From Parasitella parasitica NRRL 2501 (taxonomy: Eukaryota; Fungi; Mucoromycota): 64,000 nt of DNA. The notes beneath the pieces were generated by a model. The model saw nothing but the letters and a program-made list of their open reading frames with translations, did not search any database and was not told the origin of the DNA. This document shows, piece after piece, positions 53,740-64,000 of the stretch; position 1 is the first letter of the stretch, and each line of letters starts with the position of its first letter. The stretch is taken from contig MU619244.1 in NCBI GenBank assembly GCA_025201805.1, positions 278,373 to 342,372 of the forward strand. The letters are read 5' to 3'. Position numbers and translations under genes: made by a program.

Positions 53740-56700
53740 ATCCCCCCATTAATCGCACCCCCCCCCCCCCCCAATTTATGTAGATCTTGAGCTATGGTGA
53801 ATGTTCAATTTCAATGTACACCAGTATGATGACAACCCCCACCCGTCTGTTCACTATTGATTTCTTTCCAAATCAAGTTCGTTATGTGGTCGCATTGACT
53901 CGATTTTTTTGGGATCGTTGAAAACAGCTGATATGTTTGATAGACAACAACAACAACCGTTTTGGAAAACCTGCATCTAGACCAAAGTGGGGTATTGTTG
54001 TATGCTACGTATTATAATCGAGCTTCCAAATCAAGTCAAATGTATGCTGGCATTGACACAAATTGGCTTTGTACATCGTTGGATCTGGCATATATGCTTG
54101 ATGCCCACTCTTTATTCTATTGACACCTGCAATCGACTGCTTGGTTAGACTCAAGGGTTCGTTGGCTGCCTCTTTTGCCACTCCCCTGTCTTGTCAGTAA
54201 ATTCGCTGATGTGTGTTGGTGGCACATACATCCAGCGAATCAATCTCCCATATTGCTGTGTCTTTTACATCGATGCATCAGTGGTGATGTGCTTTCCTCA
54301 ATTGAATCGTTGATTGGGCCTACCAACTTTATTTTCTTCTCAAGCATAAATGTACTAGTCATAATGTACACATAGGGAACTTTTCAATGTACTGAAAGTA
54401 GCAGCGTAAGACAGCAAACTGATTATCATGCTGGTAGGACTGGTTCATTTGCTGTCTCTCCCCCCCCCCCCAAAAAAAATTTTTTTTTCTGTTCCTGTTC
54501 AAAGGATCCAGTGAATCAAATCAATAAAGCTCTTCGAGACAATAACAACATGTCGACCATGCTTCATGAATCAGCGAAATCTGCTGAGGTCTGACTGGCA
54601 TTTAGATCAAAGGACAACATTAATTTAGCATAAAGACCATTCACGCATGTTGACAATAATCAAGCCGAATTTCAATTTTTTCAGTTGTTGAGAATATACA
54701 TGAGAATTAAAAACATCATACAAACTCGGCAATAAGAGCATAAATTGCTTTTGAAAGTCCAAACGAAGCAAAGATTCGAAAGCACTTGTACATATTCCAA
54801 GCAGCCAATTGCCGAAAAATATTCGTTAGATCTGAGGATGTATGCTGAGCATATGATGGATCCATTATCAAGGACGGCTACATTTGTCGTGCTGTTATGT
54901 TCGATTTAAACTATAGGTTTTTATTCGCAGACAAGCTGCAAAAATACCACATTGAAACTCTAAGGTGTTAGAACAATTGGGCTGCAAGGTTTGATGTTCG
55001 CATTATGGAGCTTAGAAATCAGTCGTATTGAAGACAGAAATAGATACATTAGATTTCTAGCGAGTTGTTTCAAACGGTTCAGGTGATTGCATTGATATAA
55101 CATACGTTCTCCTCTCGATCTGCTTTTGCTCTATTCATATATATATACATCCTTGATAAATAATATAGCGTAAAATACAACGGAGAATATCTTGGTTAGG
55201 CCCATCGATATTTGGAATTCATAATCGGCTGTTCCATAATTATGATCAAAAACGCTTACTATTTTAGTATATTGGTTTCCATCGCTGAACTGTGCCATCG
55301 ATGGTGATGCTGTGGTAATAAATAATGGGCATTTACGTTAGTATATATCATAAACATGAGTGGGGCAAGTGCACTCCCTATACATCATCTTGAGATGTTG
55401 GCAATTGTTTACAATCGAAGCCAATGTAGTGTTTGGCAGATTTAGCCACTAGTATGGGAAAGTCAAAGCGTACATTGACTCTAGCTTAGGCACAAACTAC
55501 CGAGAGTACGATATTATTTTACTCCTGAAAAAAAAAAAGAACTTGACATATTGGAAGTCATTTATCCCTCCCCCAACCTTTCTACTCCCTATTCATTGCC
55601 CACCCCCACCCATTCAATCGCGACTTTTAGATATCGTACATTATAGCTTACAAACTTCGATTTTGGCAGTGGCGTGAATGCCAACGCTTATAATATCTCT
55701 CCTGTCATGCATGTCAAGTCTGTACACCCATTTTTTCAACCCAAAATAAGAAGTATTCACTCACCCCCCCCACCCACCATCAGATCAAATAAATTTGTTT
55801 GACACTTCTCCTTTCAAAGCATCCGAAACCAAGTTCATACATGGTCTGTTCTTCGTATTTTATTTTCTAAAAACAGAAAAAGCTTGGACACAGTAGCAGT
55901 GAATCAACATTTGCAAATCGTCTTTATTGCCAACACTTTTGATCTCTACAAATGAGACCCCCAATTTCAACTTTTTTTACTGATATGTTTGGTGGCTATA
56001 CCTTGCAAGTACATATCGCCTGCCACCATATACCCACCACAGAATCAAACTAAACTGTCAAATTGTACGCCTCTTTCTCCCACATCAAGACCTTATCGAG
56101 TTCAGCAGTACATGATTGCGATCAAAAACTTGTCAAACAAACAAGCATTGCATACCGTCCATAGGCGTTGTCAATGTCAATTACATCTTTGATCTGGCAT
56201 CTTACTGCTACATGATAGCAGATGCTATGTACATCCTCTTCTGATCTTCGCGTTATAAAGTCGTTTTACTGCTGTACGGGTCCAAATATTTGTTGCTTGC
56301 AGAACCCTCAGTGTTACATCAAGAAGATCTCCATCATACACTGTTATTTTTGCTATATTACTCCCACCTTGATCCCCCAATTCATCGTAATTGAAGCCTT
56401 GACTAAACAAACTTGCACCTTCTTTAATTGGAATACGCTTTGGCAAAATTTTCAAATCGAATACGAGATCACAATTTTGATGCACAGCAACATACTAGAA
56501 CCCATTCTTTTATTATTCACAGTTAGAACAGCTTTTTGTTAACTTTTACCAACAAGTTAAAGCTGTAATTACAAACTATGTTATACTATCCGCATATAGT
56601 CTAATGGTCTACACTTTAAGTTTCACGTCTTCAATTCAAGACTTACAGCGAGACTTCAACTATGCGTATAGCTCCCCCCCACCCAACCACCTACTCTCTC

Positions 56701-58870
56701 CCCGAAATCAAGTCCCCCATCAAGCCCAAGGTACTGTTTAACGTCTTTTATTTATATCCTCTCCCCCAAATCTTACAAGAAATCTCAATCGAGCTTGTAG
56801 GCCATATCATCGATACGGTTAATACTTCAGCATGCTGAGCATTCATACATGGATGAGGGGAAAATCAGGCCTTTCCACCTCCAACGCGGCATAAAGAAAA
56901 ATGAGTCAAATATTGTAGCTCAATATAATTAATTGTTTCTACACTGATAATAGTAATTTACATGGAAAACTAATTTTAAAGAAATTGTTAATGCCACAGA
57001 TAACTGTACCTGTATACGATATGATATGAATATTAAATCTTGGGCAATAATAGGTTCTTTAATCCCCCCCCCCATTATTTTGATGAAAGAAACTAAACAC
57101 ATCGCTCACCCCCCCCCACAATTTTTTTTTGATTTATAGTGCAGACTTTCCAAATGTACAAGCTGTCTCCACTCACCCCACCCCCAAATTATGGTGAAGA
57201 AAAAATCACCGTAGCGAGGCAAAGGTCGAGTTTTCGGCCATCGTTCTAATGGGGGGTGCACAGCTCGCTTCCAAATGTATGTCTGGTATCAATGCGGTGT
57301 TTTCATTTTAAACTTTGTAAATGGCTCATAACCAAAAGCTTTTGAAATTTTTATATTTTAAAAACTAAATAAAGTTAATATAATACGTATATATATACAA
57401 AATTTATTTGGGTATTGTATTATCAGACGTTAGGCAACTTTTAGATCATCACCGGGCCAGATATCCGTCTTTGAAGATGTGCTGGATCTACAAAATTTGT
57501 TGCCCGACCAACTCAGCTCAACCCCCCCCCCACAAACTTGATAGTTAAAAAAAAAAATCATGAAATAAGCAGCCATCTTAGGTGAAAAAAAAAGATATAG
57601 TTTTAGTAATCTGTGTATATTAATCGATAAAATTTTTACTCAATTTTCATCAATGATTCATGTCTGAAAATTCTTGAAGGTTGAGCCACTGTAAAGTGGT
57701 AACGCTGAACTCCCCCCCTTTATCACCTTCTCCCCCATTCCTTAATCTGAGAGTATCGCAAATAGGTTTATCTATTATGTTGATTTTGTGCAAAGCAACA
57801 AATGCAGTTGTTTCTCTATCTATTCAGATAATTAGATGCTAAAATCATTTGAGATGATACATTAGTTTAGGCTAATTGTTAAATATCGTTTTAGATACTA
57901 TGTTGAAGCTGATATCTGACATCTCATATATTATTTTAAAAGAGTCATTAAGATGAGTACATTCGCTTCCTCAGTCTCTACCCCCATCTCTGATTTATCA
58001 CAGAAACGAATAGCACCCGCCCCCCCCCCCAAAGAACACAGTGAAATCAAAGCCAAAAGATCTACTCACTTTCCAAATATAGAGCGGTAATGGCCATCGA
58101 GTTTTATCGCCTAGGATTCCGATGAGCCCCAGTGCATATATTCGTAGCAGTGATCCACGCGCATAAAGTGATATTACATGCAGAAAAAAATTGAACCCAC
58201 CAGATATATTGACTTTTCCATGCATAGGCCCCTAAATTTTGGCCTTCTCCCTGCAAACCAAAGGCTGAAATCTGAAAATCGAGCCAGAAAGCCCAAATTT
58301 TCGATTACCATCCGTCTGCTTGTCTCTACAGATTGCGTCCCCCAAGATTTAATTCCACTAGATCCCACCCCCCGATAGTTAATCAAAACACCAAACCCCC
58401 ACTGAAATCCATTGATATCGGCTTCAACAGACTTGATTTTCGATTTTCAATGTTGGTAAACTGCTTGGTTTTGGATGGTGGGGCACCCCCCAGTAAATAT
58501 GGTACCCACCAAAATCAAAAATAAACTTTTGCAAAGTTCAGGGCAGGGCTTTAGATATTAGCCTTCCACCTTCATCGAAATGAATTGCTGTAAAACTCGA
58601 TATCTGTGGTATGAGCCAAATGCCTCTGATTCTTGTCCCCCAAACCCGCTTCCAAAATTTTATCTCACGTATATATTGCAATTTTTCTTTTGGTATTTTC
58701 GATATTTTTCCATAGAAACTATCTAAATATGTCTCTGAAACGATATTATTCATTTGAAATGGTTATATATTGCTCAATTTAATGGGAATAGACACCCCCC
58801 ACCATCCAAGATACCAACCCCCAATGTAAAAAGGAATCCCAAATATCGTTGACCAGTACTCCCCCCAATC
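53740..58870. repeat. Gene-free region with strand-biased oligo-C tracts and diverged repeat modules
   Basis: About 28 runs of >=5 C on + versus one run of >=5 G (manual count); recurrent TTCCAAAT at 53866, 54024, 57148, 57269, 58071; no credible ORF. Confidence 0.7.
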
Positions 58871-59141
58871 AACCCTTGAATATATTTTCATGCAGGAGAG
58901 CTACTTTCTTCCAGCATCATCGTATTTTTCTTTTTCTATACAGTGAATTACTCGCTGATAATGAAGCGATAAATACAATAAAATTAGATGATATCAAAGG
59001 TGAGAAGTAGGGCTATCTATCCATGCTATTTCGGCACATTTTGGAGGCAAAAGTGCAGCGTAATTTGCAAGTAAACAAGAGGCAAAACCTGTAGAGAAAA
59101 AGTCAAATTGAAGAAGGGGGTCAAGTCAAAAGTCAAAATGA

Positions 59142-59149
59142 TATATAAA
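59142..59149 (+). promoter_or_regulatory. Probable TATA box of the Sec7-PH gene
   Basis: TATATAAA ~260 bp upstream of ATG 59404, followed by a C/A/T-rich leader. Confidence 0.45.
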
Positions 59150-59403
59150 GCGACGCTTTTTACAATCCAAATCAAAAAATCATCTTATAAGATAAACAAA
59201 ACTTGAGTCTTCTTTTGCTATTTCTACTCTTCATGAATAGTCAAATCCAAACACAAATTATCGCCATCTTATTTGTTCTTTTCTTTGCATCAACACTCTC
59301 ACCCATCACTTTAGTCTTACACATTTCAACCATCTTCAACATTCACTTTTTGCTTCAATCATCATCCCACTCATCAAACAAACTTCCTTGTACATTCGTC
59401 AAC

Positions 59404-61751
59404 ATGGAAAAAACATCTCAATTATTAAAAAAGCTCAAGCCTACACCCAACAAAGTAGCTCCCATCACATCATCTCCAGTAAAGCACACTCCTGCTAATG
59501 TAGCATCAGCTGCACTCAGCGAGCAACCCATCAAAACTAAATCATCTAAATCCAAGGTATTATCTTACTTGTAGCATTTTTGATAGCATTCAAATTAACA
59601 GGCATAATTCATTAGGCTTTGGGTCGTTTCTTCAAAAAAATTGTATCCAAGACTGACTCTATCAAAGCATCCGCCAAAGCATCCGCCAAAAAGACCCAAT
59701 ACAAGCTTACACTCATCCCCATCCTCAAAAAGAAAGGCTCAGCTGAGCCAGTAAAGGCAGCAGCAACTGAAATCGTGTGGTATAATACCCCTGAGGCACA
59801 ACAAACAGAAGAAGTTGCCATTAACAACGGTCACATTGCCTCGCCTTCAAGCATTGAAATTGCTGCCTCCAAGGAAGGTGACTCACTTTCAATGTCTTCC
59901 TCTTCCGTCTTCGAAACTGATAACTCTGCTGCTGAATACGCTCAGCGCATCTGGGACGAAGACACTACAGTTTACAGCAATCTCGACTACGTTGTCGAAT
60001 GGATTGGCAACGGCAAGCCTTGCAGCAACGCCATCCTCAAGGCATATATGGAACACTTTGACTTCAAGGCCCTCAAGCTTGAACAAGCTTTCCGCAACTT
60101 GTGCACTAAACTCCATCTCAAGGGCGAAACCCAACAAATTGATCGCATCCTCTCTGAATTCGCTGGTCGTTATTTCGAGTGCAACCCCAACTGTATTTTT
60201 GGCACCACTGGTAAGGATCGATAAATCATGGATAGTCTGTCTTCTTTTTTGCTAACAAAAACTTGTTTAGATGTCGTACACGCTATTGTATACTCTCTGC
60301 TGCTCTTGAACACCGATCTCCATGTTGCTCAGGGTGACTACAAAAAGATGTCTCGATCTGAATTTGTGAAAAATACCATGGAAGCTATCCATGCGCAATT
60401 AGATACTCCTGCATTAGGAGAAGAAGACATGCTCTCTGATGATCACAGAGCTAGTGGCCTTTCATTCCAATCTCTTGATTGGGTCCCTTTGCAACGCACC
60501 CCCAGCAATCAATCTGCCTTCAGCTCAAGATCTTCAGCTTATGCTCAATCGCTCGATTTGCCTCGCAACTTGTCTGCTTATGCCTTTGGCTCCAAATCAT
60601 GGCAAATCGAGGTCAAGAACTTGCTCAAGCAGATGTATTCCAATATCCGCCATGGTCAAATTGCCAATCCTTCTTCTCCTCCCGCTTCTATCCACAACAA
60701 CACCAACAACCGTATGAGCGCTGCCTTCAAGCGCAGTGTTGGCACCATCATGTGGAAGCGTGATTCTGTCCACAACGATGAATCTAGCTCTGTCTCTGTC
60801 TCCATTGCTTCTGGCCAATCATCCAGCTCTGTTATGCAATACCAATCTGTTGCTTCTCATCTCCAAAACCAGCTTCCCACCTCCTACACTAGCAATGCTC
60901 CTTTCTACAAAGAAGGCATGGTTGTCCGCAAGCATCTTTTGGAAAAGACCAACCAAAAGGCCAAGCATCGCGACTGGAAGGACTGCTTCATGGTTATTGA
61001 ACGTAACCAACTTCGCATGTACAAGCTCGACAACTCGTCTGAGCCTCGTACTACCAAGCGCAGCATCATTCGCAATACTTTGATGTCCAAGACTGCCAGC
61101 TTGTCTGACTCTGCTTCTCAAATCTCTGAATCTAGCTTTGAAGTTGTTGGTGGTGGTGACTGGATGGCCAATGCTCAACTCATGGGCTCCATTGATCTCA
61201 AGCATACTCTTGCCAATGCCCTTCCTTCTGGCTACAGTCGCCAACGCCAACATGCCTTTGCCCTCCAACAATCCAACGGAGCAGTCTTCCTTTTCCAAGT
61301 CGGCTCTGAAGACCAAGTTCACGAATGGGTCTCTACTTGCAATTACTGGGCTGCTCGTGAAAGCAAGGAACCTTTAGCTGGTGGTGTTAGCTCCATGGAA
61401 TACGGCTGGGGCCACTGCTTGGAAACCATTGCTGAAGAAGCCAGCAATGTCCTTGTCCACGAATGGCAAGCACCTGTTCCTCCTACCATGAGCAGCTTAT
61501 TGGAAGAATCAGCTCAGCTTGCTGCTCTTCGCAAGCACGTCAAGGAGTTGTCTGCTGAACTGGACCAGCACCGTGACATCAAGCCCAAGATGGAAAGCCG
61601 ATTTGCTTTCTCCAAGTCTTCAGGGGCTAAGGCAATGACCAACTGGGAAAACAAGTCGCACTATCTCTTGCATGAAATCATCAAGTACCAAAACTACTGC
61701 GATTCTATTGAAAACTCGCTTGCTCTGCAAAACAAAATCATGTCTGCTTAA
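59404..61751 (+). CDS. Sec7 + PH domain ARF guanine-nucleotide exchange factor (EFA6/PSD/Yel1-like), 3 exons
   Basis: Sec7 motifs LEQAFRNLC, LKGETQQIDRILSEFAGRY (glutamic finger), YSLLLLNTDLH; PH domain YKEGMVVRKHLLE...WVSTCNYWAARESKEPL; C-terminal coil NWENKSHYLL. Introns 59557-59615 and ~60211-60270. Confidence 0.93.
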
Positions 61752-62499
61752 ATCTGTATCATATCCTTTGTAAAATTATCTAGATTAATTGTATTTATAT
61801 TAAAAACTGCTTGTATATAAAATAAAATTGTATTGCTTTTCTCTGAAAAAAAAACCCCCTCCTTTTATTTCAATGTTGATCTGCAAAAGCCTAGCAAGTC
61901 GCTAGTAAGCACTTTGCTACAAGCTTCTCTCATTTTTGAGGACAATGTGGTGTTTCTACTCGGATTGCCTTGCTTTACTCGATCATGTACGAATATAACT
62001 GTTCTGAATCTGGATGGAGAAAAATTTAATTACTTCATCGAGTTCTCCACAAAAATTCTTTGTCAAATTTTGTATAGAAACCTCTAGTACGAGATTGGTT
62101 TAGTGCTCTAAAATGCATTCGATTGAATTTTGCGAAAAATCAAAACCTCCCCAACTTTAAAAGGTAAAATGAGTGAATGGTACTAATAATCGAGTGAAAG
62201 ATACTGAATATTTCCCTGCATTTGAGACAAAATCAAGTCCTGACTTACCACCAAATCTCGTTTATTATTAGAGCCCTGAATTTAGATATCATGAAAAAAT
62301 CTTCACATTTTCAATTTATTCAATTAAAAAATTCACATCAATTACTATTTTTTGCATTTAATCTCACTTATAATATATCATCTTTGTCATTCGCAAAAGA
62401 CGTACTATTGCTATTGACGATTAAAAAGAAAAAACAAAGAAGTTGGGCAAAGCTCTCATCACAATTCCATGTTCAATGCAATACCCTTTCAGTTGCAAC

Positions 62500-63610
62500 A
62501 GCAAAATAAACAACCAAGACAGTAAAAAGACAGCACAAAGCAGCACAAGACAGCAACAAGACATAATCCAAACATTGAAAACAAGCCAGCAGTTTCTGTT
62601 GCAGCTACAACTTGCTTTGCCAGGCTAAGGATACGGTAGTTTGATAAATTGTGAATTTGGACCAACACAGATAAAAACTGATTCCAAACACCACATCCAT
62701 CTAAAGGAATGCGCTGCAGTTGCAATTTCGAATCTGTCTTCTCCGCTCAATTGTACATTGCAGAAAGAAAAATGGAGACTATGATGAGATGTACATCTCT
62801 TTATTGAAAAGTACTAGAATACCCAAAGGTGTAGTGCAAGAAGCACAAGCAAAAAATCAAGAGTCCAGGAAAAATCACAACAATGCTAAACACCGTATAT
62901 ACGCAGAATAAAAAGGCTGTAAGTCCAAAGAAGAATAATGAAGACTGGACAGAATTAGTGGAAGCTGATGTTTTTGAACACTTGACTCTACCTCGCGCTC
63001 TCACTTTAGGCTCCAAGCAAATCAATCAAGATACCGGCTTGGTTACTTTTACAAATTCGTTGACTCGAAATAAGAAGACCACAGAAGACGGGTATAGAGT
63101 AAAGGCTCTGACAGACTAGCAGCTTACGAGAGAAAAAGTTCTGGTGCAAAGAAGCCGAATATGTTTGTCGGTGATCGTGGACACGGATTCGGCTCTCGCA
63201 TCAAAGGACACAGACGATTTGGTGGGTTCTGGAAACAGCAGCGACATGGCCGCTATGCACCAACACTGATACCAAATGAACATAATACGTCGCAAACGTG
63301 TGTTTTCTGCTTCCACAAGCTCTTTCATCCTGTGGCTGCTCCCAATGGCAAAATACAGCGAACAGCCGGTTCATTTCTTTGCTTAAATCCCAAATTCCCC
63401 AATGCTTTCAAGACAGTGTGCCGCGACCAAGTCTCAGCACTTGGAATTGGTCTTGTTGGTCTTGGTTGCCTTTTGTTTGGAGTAACTTTCCTGTGTTTCA
63501 ACCCAAACCCCACCACTGCTAAGCGCACACAATTCAACAATTTAGCCCTATCTTTTTTGTACAGAAAACAGATACTGGGCTTGCCTTTCGATGGAGGCAA
63601 TACTCTTTGA
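62500..63610 (+). pseudogene. Decayed Fanzor (eukaryotic TnpB-family RNA-guided RuvC nuclease), C-terminal part recognisable
   Basis: 63161-63610: FVGDRGHGFGSRIKGHRRFGG...PNEHNTSQTCVFC...FLCLNPKF...CRDQVSALGIG, read as RuvC-II Glu (NExxTS), Zn finger and RuvC-III Asp (RD). Upstream 62500-63120 is broken into short frames; the left boundary is approximate. Confidence 0.8.
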
Positions 63611-63640
63611 AGGCAAGTACACTAATATAAAAAGTGAGGT
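63579..63640 (+). ncRNA. Candidate Fanzor omegaRNA 3' stem-loop and adjoining guide segment
   Basis: GCTTGCCTT(T)CGA(T)GGAG-GCAATA-CTCT TTG AAGGCAAGT (63579-63618) folds into a ~16-bp stem spanning the Fanzor stop codon, the position expected for omegaRNA scaffolds. Confidence 0.45.
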
Positions 63641-64000
63641 TGACTTTGACCTTTTAATACCATTGGGTAAGTGACATTTCGATTCATAAATTGCTTATAA
63701 AAAGTAACCAGAATCATCTGTTTCTTCTTTCGGATTTAAGCTTGCTATACCGTTACCTTTGATGATGGTTTTAAAAAAGAAAACGAAATGTGCTCAAGCT
63801 TTCAGACCTGGTATTTTCAATACCAAGAACCATTTTTCACATAAATTAGAGTGTTAAAGGTTAAAGATTCAAACGGAGGTCATCCTTGATTTATTTTTTT
63901 TTTTTTTGTATTAAAGTGTATCTTTTATTAGCATTTCATCATGAAACTATAGATTAGGTAAAGGCAAGGTCAAGGTGCCAGCTTGAACACTTGCCAAAGA

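Noticed and set aside
50900-59100. Firm centromere call for the gene-free region
   Set aside because: No flanking LINE clusters and I cannot verify a centromeric motif from sequence alone; kept only as one hypothesis.
62088-62261. Imperfect ~11-bp inverted repeat (acgagattgg / ccaaatctcgt) as a TIR pair
   Set aside because: Too short, gapped, no matching TSD, and it does not bracket the Fanzor ORF.
53740-63640. One large mobile element comprising the C-tract region, Sec7-PH gene and Fanzor
   Set aside because: No terminal repeats, TSD or transposase found to link them; adjacency alone is insufficient.

Overview
Gene-dense eukaryotic DNA with short GT-AG introns and CTAAC-type branch points. 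The gene and transposon content points to a Mucoromycota (Mucorales, Mucor-like) fungus; this is an inference. About 18 intact protein-coding genes can be reconstructed: an SPX phosphate transporter, F-box/LRR protein, ECM33-like GPI protein, C2 + class-3 lipase, glutathione peroxidase, RPL33/eL33, SAM-kinesin-13, CMR1/WDR76, Tco89-like protein, bZIP factor, secreted Pro/Cys-rich protein, myristoylated CRIB-like protein, GH47 mannosidase, a degenerate acyl-CoA-synthetase-like protein, alpha-arrestin, UAP1, S8/PA protease and a Sec7-PH ARF-GEF. Mobile-element debris lies between them: a probable Tc1-like transposase 5' remnant, a Ty3/gypsy gag fragment plus a LINE 3' end nested in a broken nuclease-like gene, a decayed Crypton tyrosine-recombinase element, and a decayed Fanzor/TnpB-family RNA-guided nuclease near the right end, with a ~40-nt hairpin over its stop codon where an omegaRNA scaffold would be expected. 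The largest unexplained structure is a ~8.5 kb gene-free stretch (51-59 kb). Its distal 5 kb carries about 28 oligo-C tracts almost exclusively on one strand, plus diverged repeat modules. Three 10-N gaps sit next to poly-A runs. All family calls are from motif recognition by eye, not database searches.
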